A stretch of DNA of 64,000 nucleotides from an uncultured beta proteobacterium (GCA_963744255.1 CAVUSZ010000038.1:43-64042); one strand, 5' to 3'; shown: positions 44,414-54,755, counted from the first letter of the stretch. Notes: generated from the letters alone by a model not told the origin. Numbers and translations: made by a program.

Positions 44414-45577
44414 CTGCTCACGACACTGGCGGTCGCCAACTATCGTTCGCTCCGGAACCTCGTCGTTCCGCTCACACGGCTGAACGTCGTCACCGGGCCG
44501 AACGGCAGCGGCAAGTCCAACCTCTATCGCGCGCTGCGGCTCCTCGCCGACGCCTCGCGCGGCCGCCTGGTCCCGTCGCTCGCCCGCGAGGGCGGCCTGC
44601 AATCCACGCTCTGGGCCGGTCCGGAGAGCTTCGGCCGCGCCGTGAAGCGGGGCGATTACGCAGTCCAAGGCACGCGTCGCAACGCGGTCGTCAGCCTGCG
44701 GCTCGGGTTCGCGGGCGACGAGTTCGGCTACGCGATCGACCTCGGCCTGCCGACGCCGAGCAACTCGGCCTTCGCGCTCGATCCCGAGATCAAGCGCGAG
44801 TGCATCTGGAACGGACCCGTTCTGCGCCCTGCGGCCTTGCTGGTGGACCGGCGCGGGCCGCTCGTGCGGACGCGGCGCGACGACGGGGAGTGGGACACGG
44901 TGTCGCAGCACCTGTCCGCGTTCGACGGGCTGATGAGCCAGCTCGCTGATCCGCGAAACGCGCCAGAAGTCCTGGCGCTCCGGGAACGGATCCGCTCGTG
45001 GCGCTTCTACGATCACTTCCGCACCGACCTCGACGCGCCCGCGCGGCTGCCGCAGATCGGGACGCACACCCCGGCGCTCGGCGACGACGGCGCGGATCTC
45101 GCGGCAGCACTGCAGACGATCCGGGAGATCGGCGAGGCCGAGGCGCTCGACGAGGCAATCTCGGATGCGTTTCCGGGCTGCAGTGTCTCGGTGACGGCGA
45201 ACGGTGGACGACTCGAGGTCGCGATGGCACAGCACGGTCTGCTGCGACCCTTGCAGGTCAGCGAACTCTCCGACGGCACGCTCCGCTACCTGCTCTGGAT
45301 CGCCGCGCTGCTCACGCCGCGCCCGCCCGAACTCCTGGTCCTCAACGAGCCGGAGACGAGTCTCCATCCCGACCTGCTGCCCGCGCTGGCGCGGCTCATC
45401 GCCCGCGCGGCGGCACGCGTGCAGATCGTCGTCGTCTCGCACGCGACGCGCCTGATCGCCGCGCTGGAGGAGCAGCCCGGGTGCAACCGCGTCATGCTGG
45501 AGAAAGACTTCGGCGAGACCCGCATCGCCGAGACCGCGGGGCTCGACGCCCCCGCGTGGCACTGGCCGGCGCGCTGA
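44414..45577 (+). CDS. ABC/AAA-type ATPase (COG4637-like); apparent CTG start
   Basis: NYRSL, GPNGSGKS, LSDGTLR, LNEPETSLHP, VSH. Confidence 0.88.
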   Translation: MLTTLAVANYRSLRNLVVPLTRLNVVTGPNGSGKSNLYRALRLLADASRGRLVPSLAREGGLQSTLWAGPESFGRAVKRGDYAVQGTRRNAVVSLRLGFAGDEFGYAIDLGLPTPSNSAFALDPEIKRECIWNGPVLRPAALLVDRRGPLVRTRRDDGEWDTVSQHLSAFDGLMSQLADPRNAPEVLALRERIRSWRFYDHFRTDLDAPARLPQIGTHTPALGDDGADLAAALQTIREIGEAEALDEAISDAFPGCSVSVTANGGRLEVAMAQHGLLRPLQVSELSDGTLRYLLWIAALLTPRPPELLVLNEPETSLHPDLLPALARLIARAAARVQIVVVSHATRLIAALEEQPGCNRVMLEKDFGETRIAETAGLDAPAWHWPAR

Positions 45578-45792
45578 GCTCCGGCTCAGTCGCTCCAACG
45601 CTTTGCGCCGGCCGCTTCGACTCGGCGAGCGCGCTCGAGCAACGTCGCGATCCAGCGCATCCGGGGAGCATGGCAGAGCGGTTTTCCGGAGCTGCAAGGG
45701 CCTGCCGGCCGGCGCCGTGCGGAGCGTGGCGCTTGCTGCGCCGTGACGAGCCAGTGCACACTAGGCATCCCACTCGACAAGGAGTCCGGCAA

Positions 45793-46218
45793 ATGAAACG
45801 CAAAGCATCCGCCGTCTGGCGTGGCGGCCTGAAGAACGGCAAAGGCACGCTGACGACCGACAGCAAGGTCCTCTCGGACACGCAGTACTCCTTCAGCACC
45901 CGGTTCGAGGACGGGAACGGGACCAACCCCGAGGAGCTGATCGCGGCGGCGCACGCCGGGTGTTTCTCCATGGCGCTCTCGGCGCAGCTCGGCGAGGCCA
46001 GGCTGGAGCCGGAGTCGATCCGCACGACGGCCACGCTCACGATGGAGAAGCAGGATGCGGGTTTCGCGATCACTGCCATCCACCTGGACGTTACAGCTCG
46101 CATTCCCGGGGCCGATCAACAGGCGTTCGCCAAGGCGGCCGACGCAGCAAAGACGGGGTGCCCGGTCTCGAAGGTGTTGAAGGCGCAGATCACGATGGAC
46201 GCAAAGCTGGAGAGCTGA
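45793..46218 (+). CDS. osmC: OsmC family peroxiredoxin
   Basis: TNPEELIAAAHAGCFSMALS...CPVSK. Confidence 0.93.
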   Translation: MKRKASAVWRGGLKNGKGTLTTDSKVLSDTQYSFSTRFEDGNGTNPEELIAAAHAGCFSMALSAQLGEARLEPESIRTTATLTMEKQDAGFAITAIHLDVTARIPGADQQAFAKAADAAKTGCPVSKVLKAQITMDAKLES

Positions 46219-46239
46219 GCGGCGCGTTCGTGCTCCGCC

Positions 46240-47940
46240 GTGCGCTTCGACACCTATCTCCGCTATGACGAGCTGACGCGCGAACTGCAGGCACTCGCCG
46301 CCGAGCATCCCGGCCTGCTCCGCGTCGAAAGCATCGGCAGGAGCTTCGAAGGGCGGGACATCTGGCTCGCGACCGCGACGCGCTTCGACTCGGGCGCCGA
46401 CCGGGACAAGCCGGCGCTCTGGGTCGACGGCAACATCCACGCGACCGAGATCGCCGGCTCGATGGCGTGCCTCTACCTGCTGCATCACCTCGTCACGCAG
46501 TACGGCAGGGACGACGAGGTGACGCGCTGTCTCGACACGCGCGTCTTCTATGTCTGCGCGCGCCTCAACCCCGACGGCGCGGAACTGGCGCTCGCCGACG
46601 TGCCGAAGATCATCCGGTCGAGCACGCGGCCTTACCCCTACGACGAAGAGCCGGTGGCGGGGCTGCGCCGCGAGGACGTCGATGGCGACGGCCGCGTGCT
46701 CTCGATGCGCGTGCCCGATCCGAACGGCCCGTGGAAGGTGTCGGAGCGCGACCGGCGGCTCATGGTCCGCCGCGAGCCGGCCGAGACGGGCGGCAGCTAT
46801 TACCGGCTCCTGCCGGAGGGGACGATCGAGGGCTGGGACGGCGTGACGATCAAGCTCGCGCCGCGCCGGGAGCAGCTCGACCTCAATCGCAATTTTCCGG
46901 CGGGCTGGCGGCAGGAGCACGAGCAGCACGGCGCCGGGCCCTTCCCGACCTCCGAGCCGGAGGTGCGCACCGCAGTCGCGTTCGTCGCCTCGCATCCGAA
47001 CATCACCGGCGCGATCCTGTTTCACACCTACAGCGGCGTCCTGCTACGGCCGTACTCGCACCAGGCCGACGAGACGCTCCCCGCCGAGGATCTCTGGACC
47101 TACCAGAAGCTGGGGCAGCGGGGCACCGAGCTGACCGGCTACCCGGCCATCTCGGTGTTCCACGATTTCCGCTACCACCCGAAGGAGGTAATCACCGGCT
47201 CGTTCGACGACTGGGCCTACGACCATCTCGGCGTGTTCGCCTGGACGATCGAGATCTGGAGCCCGCAGCGCGCCGCCGGGATCAGCGACTACAAGTTCAT
47301 CGAGTGGTACCGTGACCATCCGCTCGAGGACGACCTCAAACTGCTCGAGTGGAACGACAGCGTGCTCGGGGGCCGCGGCTTCGTCGACTGGTATCCGTTC
47401 CGCCACCCGCAGCTCGGCCCGATCGATCTCGGCGGCTGGGACGCGCTCTACACCTGGAGCAACCCGCCGCACGCGGCTCTCGAGAAGGAGGTCGCGCTGT
47501 TCCCGGGATGGCTCGTGTGGCATCTCCTCGTCTCGCCGCGGCTTGAGCGGCTCGAAGCGACCGCGACGCGGCTCGGCCCCGACACGTGGCGCGTGCGGCT
47601 GGTGGTGCACAACACGGGGTGGTTGCCGAGCTACGTCACCAAGCGGGCGCTCAAGAACAAGACCGTGCGTGGGCTCGTCGTGGAGATCGAGCTGCCGCCG
47701 GGCGCGCGCCTCGAGACGGGCAGCGCACGCGAAGAGCTCGGGCAACTCGAGGGCCGCGCCTACAAGCCCGCGGTGCCAAGCAGTTGGTCGGGCTGGGGCG
47801 GCGACGCGACTGACGACCGCGCCAAGGTGGAGTGGGTGGTGCGCTCGCCCTCTGGTGGAACCGTGGCGCTCTGCGCGCGCCACGAGCGTGCCGGAACGGT
47901 GCGGGCCGAGGTCGTCCTCGATTCGCCGGCACGATCGTAA
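46240..47940 (+). CDS. M14 family zinc carboxypeptidase
   Basis: HATE, NPDG, DLNRNF, SEPE, FHTY. Confidence 0.92.
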   Translation: MRFDTYLRYDELTRELQALAAEHPGLLRVESIGRSFEGRDIWLATATRFDSGADRDKPALWVDGNIHATEIAGSMACLYLLHHLVTQYGRDDEVTRCLDTRVFYVCARLNPDGAELALADVPKIIRSSTRPYPYDEEPVAGLRREDVDGDGRVLSMRVPDPNGPWKVSERDRRLMVRREPAETGGSYYRLLPEGTIEGWDGVTIKLAPRREQLDLNRNFPAGWRQEHEQHGAGPFPTSEPEVRTAVAFVASHPNITGAILFHTYSGVLLRPYSHQADETLPAEDLWTYQKLGQRGTELTGYPAISVFHDFRYHPKEVITGSFDDWAYDHLGVFAWTIEIWSPQRAAGISDYKFIEWYRDHPLEDDLKLLEWNDSVLGGRGFVDWYPFRHPQLGPIDLGGWDALYTWSNPPHAALEKEVALFPGWLVWHLLVSPRLERLEATATRLGPDTWRVRLVVHNTGWLPSYVTKRALKNKTVRGLVVEIELPPGARLETGSAREELGQLEGRAYKPAVPSSWSGWGGDATDDRAKVEWVVRSPSGGTVALCARHERAGTVRAEVVLDSPARS

Positions 47941-48034
47941 CCATCTGAATTTGCGATTAGGAGTTCCCGGTCTGCGGACCTATATTGGTATTGTGCGATG
48001 CAGCATGATCGCGTGAACCGATTGGAGGTTCCAG

Positions 48035-48235
48035 ATGAAACGAGTTGATGAAGCCCTGCTCGACCGGGTGCGCATGACCCCAGCCGACCGCGAGGCGGCA
48101 AAGGCGACCTTGCGCCGCGCCGAGGTGATCGCAGACCTGGTGTACCGCGCGACCCAGGCGGTCCAGGCCGCCGTCGAGTTCCTGCGGCACGGCGCGCAGG
48201 TCCTCGCGCAGCGCATCCGCGCCCGATTCGCGTAA
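48035..48235 (+). CDS. Small helical hypothetical protein (66 aa)
   Basis: GGAGG RBS; host-like codon usage. Confidence 0.7.
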   Translation: MKRVDEALLDRVRMTPADREAAKATLRRAEVIADLVYRATQAVQAAVEFLRHGAQVLAQRIRARFA

Positions 48236-48246
48236 CCCGCAGCGCG

Positions 48247-49335
48247 TCAGCGGCGCGGCACGCCGATCGCGACCGGCCGCACCGCCGAGCCTGATGCGCC
48301 CTTCTCCAGCGCCGGCAGGATCATGGTGCACGACGTCCAGACCTTGTCGCGTGCCATCTCGCCCAGGCTCGCGTTCTCGATGTGGTGGATCCCCGCCTGC
48401 GTGAGCAGGTGGTGATGCACCGCGAACGGCAGGCCCTGCGGCGTCCCCGCCGCCGGGCCGCTCTTCCCCTGTAGCTGGCCTTCGTTCACCGGATCGAGGA
48501 ACGGCGTGTCGAGCGCGACTGCGACGATCCGGCGCTCGCCGATGTAGCGCGCCGCGTCGTACGCGAGCCCCGGCGCCTTCGTGTAGTAGAACTTCTCGGT
48601 GTCCGGGTCGCGCCAGAAATCGCCCCAGCCGGTATAGACGTAGAGCACGTCGCCCGGCAGCAGTCCGCGCCGGGAGAGCCCCTGCGCCTTTAGCATGCCC
48701 TGGATGTCGGCCGCGGTGACGAGCTGGCCGGGCTTCATCGGTTCGCCCTTGCCGACGTAGGTCTTGGCGTCGAGCAGTACCGCGCTCGTGACGATCGGCG
48801 GCACCTTGTCCATCCCCAGCTTGAGCAGCGGCGAGTCGGGGGTGGGCTTCACGTCGCCCTGCTTGTATCCACCGTAGTACGCGGCACCGTCCGCCGGCGA
48901 CTCGCTCTTGCCGTCCCACGGCTGGGGCAGCACGCCGAAGTGGCCGAGCGCGTCGATCTGTGTCCCCTGCTGCCCCGGGTCGCCGGAGACCGAATCCATG
49001 TTGAACGCGTGCTGCGTCCCGGGCAGCACCGTGGTCGGGTTGTGCTTGTAGGCGAACGGCCCGCTGAACGGCGATAGCGGCATCGTGTTCGAGCGCACGC
49101 GCGAGGCTTCGTAGACTTTCGCCTTCGGCTGCGCGAGATACCAGCTGCAGCGGAGCCAGGTGCCGGGACCGATCGCGTTCGCCATGCCGCGCTCGTCGCC
49201 CACCGGCCACGGCCCGTTCGGGACGAGCCGCGTCGAGCGCTTCGTGACATCCTCTTCGGCTGCTTGCGCCCAGGCCGGCGAGGTGCCGCCAAAGCACAGC
49301 GACCACGCGACCACACCGCCGATCAGCCTCTTCAT
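48247..49335 (-). CDS. Exported cyclase/kynurenine formamidase family protein
   Basis: GTQIDALGH, YTGW, VHHHLL, HHIEN. Confidence 0.85.
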   Translation of the reverse strand: MKRLIGGVVAWSLCFGGTSPAWAQAAEEDVTKRSTRLVPNGPWPVGDERGMANAIGPGTWLRCSWYLAQPKAKVYEASRVRSNTMPLSPFSGPFAYKHNPTTVLPGTQHAFNMDSVSGDPGQQGTQIDALGHFGVLPQPWDGKSESPADGAAYYGGYKQGDVKPTPDSPLLKLGMDKVPPIVTSAVLLDAKTYVGKGEPMKPGQLVTAADIQGMLKAQGLSRRGLLPGDVLYVYTGWGDFWRDPDTEKFYYTKAPGLAYDAARYIGERRIVAVALDTPFLDPVNEGQLQGKSGPAAGTPQGLPFAVHHHLLTQAGIHHIENASLGEMARDKVWTSCTMILPALEKGASGSAVRPVAIGVPRR

Positions 49336-49440
49336 GTTCGCCTCCGCGTCGACGTCGAGCAGGCGGGAAATCTACTCCACGCCGCGGGCTTCTGCTCCGG
49401 CGAGCCGCCGTGATACCGTCGCCGGCCGGGACAGACCACG

Positions 49441-50004
49441 ATGAAGAACACCGCCACGCGCTACGGAGCCGTCACCAAGATCCTCCACTGGACCGTCTTT
49501 CTCCTGATCCTCAACCAGTTCGTCGTCGCGATTGCGATGCTGAACACGCCGCAGGGACAGACGACGGCGGGCTTCACGCAGGGAACGCTCTACAACTGGC
49601 ACAAGTCGATCGGGCTCGTCCTGCTCGCCGTCGCGCTCGCGCGCTACATCTGGCGCCAGGCCACCCCGCTGCCCGACTGGGCACCCAATCTGAGCGCAGG
49701 GGAGAAGCGCGCACTCGGCCGGATCGAACCCCTCCTCTACCTCTGCATGTTCGTGATGCCGATCAGCGGCTTCGTGTTCGTGATGACGGGCGGCTACGGC
49801 GTCAACTTCTTCGGCGTCTGGACCATGCCCAACTTCCTCGGCAAGCACGCCCTCGCCTCGAAGATCGCCGAGTGGACGCATATCGTCACCGCGGCGGTGC
49901 TGTTCCTCACACTGCTCGCCCACTGGACGCTCGGCATCCGTCACCAGTGGATCCACGGCGACCGCTATCTCCACCGAATGCTCCCCTTCACGCATCAGAG
50001 ATAA
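49441..50004 (+). CDS. Cytochrome b561
   Basis: LHW, HKSIG, PISG and TM His residues. Confidence 0.88.
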   Translation: MKNTATRYGAVTKILHWTVFLLILNQFVVAIAMLNTPQGQTTAGFTQGTLYNWHKSIGLVLLAVALARYIWRQATPLPDWAPNLSAGEKRALGRIEPLLYLCMFVMPISGFVFVMTGGYGVNFFGVWTMPNFLGKHALASKIAEWTHIVTAAVLFLTLLAHWTLGIRHQWIHGDRYLHRMLPFTHQR

Positions 50005-50007
50005 CTC

Positions 50008-50844
50008 GTGAACCGGCGCCGGGTCCTGCTCGCGATCGCGCCCGCGCTCGTTGCTTCGACATGGCTCGCCCGCGCCTGGGCGACGCCGGTTCCGCGAGTG
50101 TCACCGGTGCCGGGCGGCGTCGCGAGAGTGCCGCTCGGCCCGGCCGCATCAGCGCCGCGCGCGCGCCTCGGCAAGGACCGCGTGCTGGTCGCGCGGGACG
50201 GCGACGAATGGATCGCGCTCGTCGGCATCCCGCTCGGTGCAAAAGCGGGCGCGAAGCTGCGGCTGGACGTGGAACGAGCCGACGGCGGCGAGTCGCGGTT
50301 CGAGATCGGCGTCGTGGCGAAGGAGTACGCCGCGCAGCACCTCAAGGTGCCGCGCGGTCAGGTCGACCTCTCGCCCGAGGATCTTGCGCGGTACGAGCGC
50401 GAGCGCACGCATCTCGCTGCGGTGCTGCGGACCTTCACCGAAAGCGCGCCAACGACGCTCGCCATGCTGCAGCCGACGCCTGGGCCGCGCTCAGCCTCGT
50501 TCGGACTGCGGCGCTACTTCAACGGCCAGGCGCGGAGCCCGCACAACGGGATGGACATCGCGGCGCCCACGGGCACGCCGGTCGTCGCCGCGAATCATGG
50601 CAAGGTGATCGACGCCGGCGATTACTTCTTCCCGGGCCGTACCGTGATCCTCGACCATGGGCAAGGGATGCTCTCCCTCTACTCGCACCTGAGCGCGATC
50701 GAGGTGACTGCGAGCGAATCGGTCTCCGCGGGTGCGCCGATCGGCAAGGTGGGCGCGACCGGTCGCGTCACCGGGTCGCATCTCCATTTCTCGGTCTATC
50801 TCAACGCGGTGGCCGTCGATCCGGCGCTGTTCCTCGCCGAGTGA
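50008..50844 (+). CDS. M23 family peptidase
   Basis: HNGMD, YSHL, HLH. Confidence 0.92.
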   Translation: MNRRRVLLAIAPALVASTWLARAWATPVPRVSPVPGGVARVPLGPAASAPRARLGKDRVLVARDGDEWIALVGIPLGAKAGAKLRLDVERADGGESRFEIGVVAKEYAAQHLKVPRGQVDLSPEDLARYERERTHLAAVLRTFTESAPTTLAMLQPTPGPRSASFGLRRYFNGQARSPHNGMDIAAPTGTPVVAANHGKVIDAGDYFFPGRTVILDHGQGMLSLYSHLSAIEVTASESVSAGAPIGKVGATGRVTGSHLHFSVYLNAVAVDPALFLAE

Positions 50845-50850
50845 CGGGCG

Positions 50851-51434
50851 TCATCCCGAGGTCGCGCACCGCACGGTCCGGGTGCCGTCGGCCCCTGGCA
50901 CGACGACACAGGCCGGCGCCGCGATCGTCGTCTCGGCCGCGACGTCGCGCTTCGGCAGTGCGTGTTCCTCGCGGAACCACCGTTGGACCTCGGCCGCCTG
51001 CATCTCGCATCCCTCCGTCGTCAGGTCCTCCTTCAGATACTTCGCCTGGATGTAGTGCACGAACTCGTGGGCAAGCGAGTCGTCGAGGGTCCGCTTGAAG
51101 CGCAGGTAGAACGAAGGCATCGTCGGTCAGGTAGATCTCGTTGCTCGCGATCGAGTAGACGTTGGAGACGAGCGGCGGGCGGAACTGCCACTGCCCTTCC
51201 ATCGCATCCTGGAACTGGCGGAGCGGCGTCGCGCTCTCGACGAAGATCGCGGGCAGGGGGACGTCCGGACGGAGCGTGACCTGCATGCGCTGCGCCACGG
51301 TCTCCAGGATGAACCTCGGCTCGAAGCGCAGCTTCGCGGGCTCGGGCGTAGAGACGTCGTCGCCGGCAAGAGCCGGGCTCATGCACGCGACGATCGCGAG
51401 CATCGCTGACCAGCGGCAAATGCGTGTTCATCAC
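50851..51434 (-). CDS. Exported HExxH zincin-like hypothetical protein (frameshifted)
   Basis: Signal peptide ALA; LAHEFVHYIQ; downstream CEMQA. Confidence 0.65.
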
Positions 51435-51508
51435 GTCTCCTTCGTAATTTGTGGTCGTCAGGTGCGACGACGACAGTTCGAAGGCTACGGATCGGGCTCA
51501 CGCGAGGA

Positions 51509-51524
51509 AGTGCGCTTACGCACT
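51509..51524 (-). promoter_or_regulatory. Candidate Crp/Fnr operator, class II position
   Basis: AGTGCG-CTTA-CGCACT centred -41.5 if TAGCCT (51487-51482) is the -10. Confidence 0.6.
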
Positions 51525-51672
51525 AGCGGGCGGAGTTTGGCGGGTTAGGGTGCCGGCGCAGATGGACTAGGCCATTGGATCTATATGCCTTGCCGGAGCG
51601 CTTGCGCGCACCACGTCCGCGAACTCGACACGCGCTTCCGGCTGAAACGCGCGGAAGCAGACGCCAGCAAGA

Positions 51673-52383
51673 TCAGGCGCTCGCGCGAACTTCTTCGACC
51701 AGGCGTTCGAGCCGCGCAACGTCGCGAATGACGAGCGCGTGGTTGCCGCGCTCGACGACGCCCATCTTGACCAGGGCAGAGAGCTCGCGAGTCACCTGTT
51801 CGCGGTAGGTGCTGACCCGACTCGCGATGTCGGCGTGCTTCGGCGCGGGATCAAGGCGTGCCGTGTTGCCCGTCACGCCTGCCTCGCGCGCGAGGCGCAG
51901 CAGCTCGGCATGGATCCGGTTCTGCACGCCGAGCGTGCTGAGATCGATGACGCGCTCGGAGAGGCCGCGCACCATGCTCGCGAGCCGCACCAGCATCCGC
52001 TCGGCGACCAGTGGCACCTCGCGGACGAGGTGCCAGAAGGCCGCCGGCGGCAGCGACGCGACCAGCGTGCTCTCGACGGCGATCACGTCCGCGGAGCGCG
52101 GCTTGCCGTCGATCCCCGCGACCTCGCCGAAACAGTCGCCCGCACCGATGTCGCGAAAGGTCACCTGGCGCCCGCCCGCCGAGTACGTCGTGACGCGGAC
52201 GCGTCCGGAGACGATGAGGTAGAGGTCGCGGTCGTCTGCCTCGCGCGAGATGATCTGCTGTTCGGGCGAGTAGCGGCGCCACGCGCACTCGCGCGCAAGC
52301 GCTTCGAGGCGATCCGGGGGCAGGCCGTCGAGCAGCGCGACGCTCCTGAGACCGAGGCTCGAAGGCTGATGGTCTCGTGGCAT
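51673..52383 (-). CDS. Crp/Fnr family transcriptional regulator
   Basis: cNMP domain FGEVAGIDGKPRSADV; HTH STYREQVTR. Confidence 0.95.
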   Translation of the reverse strand: MPRDHQPSSLGLRSVALLDGLPPDRLEALARECAWRRYSPEQQIISREADDRDLYLIVSGRVRVTTYSAGGRQVTFRDIGAGDCFGEVAGIDGKPRSADVIAVESTLVASLPPAAFWHLVREVPLVAERMLVRLASMVRGLSERVIDLSTLGVQNRIHAELLRLAREAGVTGNTARLDPAPKHADIASRVSTYREQVTRELSALVKMGVVERGNHALVIRDVARLERLVEEVRASA

Positions 52384-52419
52384 TAGGCGCACAACCTAAC
52401 CGCGCGCGCGGCGAGGGAG

Positions 52420-52435
52420 AGTGCGTTCGCGCACG
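52420..52435 (-). promoter_or_regulatory. Candidate Crp/Fnr operator, class II position
   Basis: AGTGCG-TTCG-CGCACG centred -41.5 if TAGGTT (52398-52393) is the -10. Confidence 0.6.
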
Positions 52436-52477
52436 CTAACGCCGCCAGCGCATCGCGGGATTGGACCGAGATAGCCA

Positions 52478-53458
52478 CTACTTCTTGGGCTTAGTCTCTT
52501 CGAGCCGGTCGGTGGCGGGCGGCGGTGTGCGCGAGAGCGCAGAGAGCTCCGCGCGAAGCTCCGGCGTCATATCGATCTTGACCGAGTCGAGCGACGCCCG
52601 CAGCTGGTCGACGTTCCGCGCGCCGATGATCGGCGCCGTGATCGCCGGATGGCTTGCCACCCACGCCACCGCCATGCTCATCGGGTGCACGCCGCGCTGC
52701 TTGCAAAGCGCCGCGAAGGACGCCGCCGCTTCGTGCATCCAGTCTTCGCCGTACCTGACCTGGTACATCGGATTGGAGACGAGGCGACCGATCCCCGGTG
52801 CGTCCTTCTGCTCGTACTTGCCGGAAAGAAGACCGCCTCCCGCGGGGCTGTAGGGCATAACTGCGATCCCGTTCGCCTGCGCCATCGGCAGGATCTCGAC
52901 CTCGGCCTGGCGCTTGACGAGGTTGTACATCGGCTGGATGGCCTGGAGCCGCGCCCAGCCGTGCGCCTCCTGAATGTCGACAGCTTTCTGGGTCTGCCAG
53001 GCGGTGTGATTGCTGAGCGCCGGGTAGAGGATCTTCCCGGCGCGCACCAGATCCTCCAGCGCGCGCAGCGATTCCTCGATCGGGGTCGATGGGTCCTGCT
53101 GGTGCAGATAGAAGACCTCGACGCGGTCGGTCTTGAGCCGCCGCAGGCTCTCTTCGGCAGCGCGAGTGATGTGGCGGCGGGAGAGCCCGCGCGCATTGAC
53201 GTCGGTGCCGGTGGCGTTGAAGCACTTCGTCGCGATGACCAGCTCCTCGCGGTGGCCCTCGATCAGACCGCCGAGGATCGTCTCGGAACGCCCGCCGCTG
53301 TACTGGTTCGCGGTGTCGAAGAAGTTGATGCCGGCCTCGCGGCACGCCTTGTACATTGCTGCGGAGCCGTTCTCGTCGGCGTCCCCGCCGTACGCCATCG
53401 TACCCGCGCAGAGCTGCGACACCTGCACACCGGAACGTCCAAGAGGCCGGAATTTCAT
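52478..53458 (-). CDS. Aldo/keto reductase
   Basis: FFDTANQY, IATK, QPMYN, PIIGAR. Confidence 0.93.
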   Translation of the reverse strand: MKFRPLGRSGVQVSQLCAGTMAYGGDADENGSAAMYKACREAGINFFDTANQYSGGRSETILGGLIEGHREELVIATKCFNATGTDVNARGLSRRHITRAAEESLRRLKTDRVEVFYLHQQDPSTPIEESLRALEDLVRAGKILYPALSNHTAWQTQKAVDIQEAHGWARLQAIQPMYNLVKRQAEVEILPMAQANGIAVMPYSPAGGGLLSGKYEQKDAPGIGRLVSNPMYQVRYGEDWMHEAAASFAALCKQRGVHPMSMAVAWVASHPAITAPIIGARNVDQLRASLDSVKIDMTPELRAELSALSRTPPPATDRLEETKPKK

Positions 53459-53542
53459 GCGCTCACCTTCACGGTAAACAACGTTTGCGATCGATCACGA
53501 ACAGTCCCGGCGAGCAGCACGCTCTCGACCCGGATCATGCGC

Positions 53543-53833
53543 TCAATGGTAACCCGCCTCGCGCTGATGGCGGATGGCGAGGATCTCGACACGGTCTGCG
53601 CGAGCGGCCACGCGGTAGAGCGCGACGTACCCGGTACGGCCGTAGGAGATAACAAGCTCCCGCAACCGTCCCCTGGCCGGCCGCCCGATGTGTGGATGAC
53701 GTTCGAGGATCGTGACCGCATCGACGATGGCCGCGGTCGCGTGGACCGCGGCGTTCGGGTTCTCGGCGGCGAGGGAATCGAACAGTCGATCGAGATCGGC
53801 CAGGGCCCGCGCGCTGTAGGCGACGGCGGCCAA
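53543..53833 (-). CDS. RelE/ParE family toxin
   Basis: ALADLDRL, HPHIGR, RELVISYG, IRHQRE. Confidence 0.88.
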   Translation of the reverse strand: MAAVAYSARALADLDRLFDSLAAENPNAAVHATAAIVDAVTILERHPHIGRPARGRLRELVISYGRTGYVALYRVAARADRVEILAIRHQREAGYH

Positions 53834-53844
53834 CGGCAGCGGCG

Positions 53845-54138
53845 CTACCGCCTTCTAGGGCGCCGGATCGGCCTCGGGCGGGGCGCGGAGTTCCCGGCCG
53901 CGCGCGCCACGATGTACGCGTGCACGTCCTCGGCGGCGTACAGCGGCCCGCCCGCGTCGACTTCCGCCGCGGACGCTTCCGCGTCGGCGACGAACGCTTC
54001 GCGCATCTCGGCGAGCGCGGCCTGCGCCTCGAGCGCGTCGACCATCCAGGCGTGCGGTGTTTTCCCCGCGGCCTCAGCCAACGGGGCGATTCGGGCCTTG
54101 AGCGACTCCGGCAGCTTGAGGGTGGTGGTCGAGATCAT
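53845..54138 (-). CDS. RHH antitoxin
   Basis: [23 protein letters not shown]. Confidence 0.82.
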   Translation of the reverse strand: MISTTTLKLPESLKARIAPLAEAAGKTPHAWMVDALEAQAALAEMREAFVADAEASAAEVDAGGPLYAAEDVHAYIVARAAGNSAPRPRPIRRPRRR

Positions 54139-54156
54139 CGCGCAATCCAGCAGGCT

Positions 54157-54176
54157 GGTGTCACCAAGGTAACACC
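54157..54176. promoter_or_regulatory. Probable antitoxin operator
   Basis: GGTGTCACC-AA-GGTAACACC (9-bp IR, one mismatch) just upstream of antitoxin. Confidence 0.6.
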
Positions 54177-54254
54177 GGAGTCGGGATAGGGTCAAGGCGC
54201 GATGCCAGATGCGCCATTCGACGTGCGAAGACGAGTCGGGCATGCTCCGGCGCA

Positions 54255-54707
54255 ATGAACATCTGGGTCGATGCCGATGCCTGTCCCGGCGTGGTGAAGG
54301 AGATCCTTTACCGCGCCGCCGAGCGCGCGAGAGTACCGCTGACGCTGGTCGCCAACCGGCCACTCCGCGCACCGCCGTCACCTTTCATCCGCACGCTCCA
54401 GGTGCCGCGCGGGTTCGACATCGCCGACCACGAGATCGCGCGGCGGGTCGAGCCGGGCGATCTCGTCGTCACCGCCGACATCCCGCTCGCCGCGCAGGTG
54501 ATCGAACGCGGCGGTCACGCGCTCGACCCGCGCGGCGAGCTGTTCTCGCCGGAGACGATCCGCGAGCGGCTGACCATGCGCGACTTCATGGACGAGCTGC
54601 GGGCGAGCGGCGTGCAAACCGGCGGTCCGCCGCCGCTCGCGCACGGCGACCGGCAGCGCTTCGCCAACCAGCTCGACCGGTTGCTGGCGCGGGTCGGGCG
54701 GGAGTGA
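54255..54707 (+). CDS. yaiI: YaiI/YqxD (DUF188) protein
   Basis: [16 protein letters not shown]. Confidence 0.92.
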   Translation: MNIWVDADACPGVVKEILYRAAERARVPLTLVANRPLRAPPSPFIRTLQVPRGFDIADHEIARRVEPGDLVVTADIPLAAQVIERGGHALDPRGELFSPETIRERLTMRDFMDELRASGVQTGGPPPLAHGDRQRFANQLDRLLARVGRE

Positions 54708-54755
54708 ACTTCCGGTGCTCGCGCGGGCTCTGAGGAGGGGATAATCCCTTCCCCC

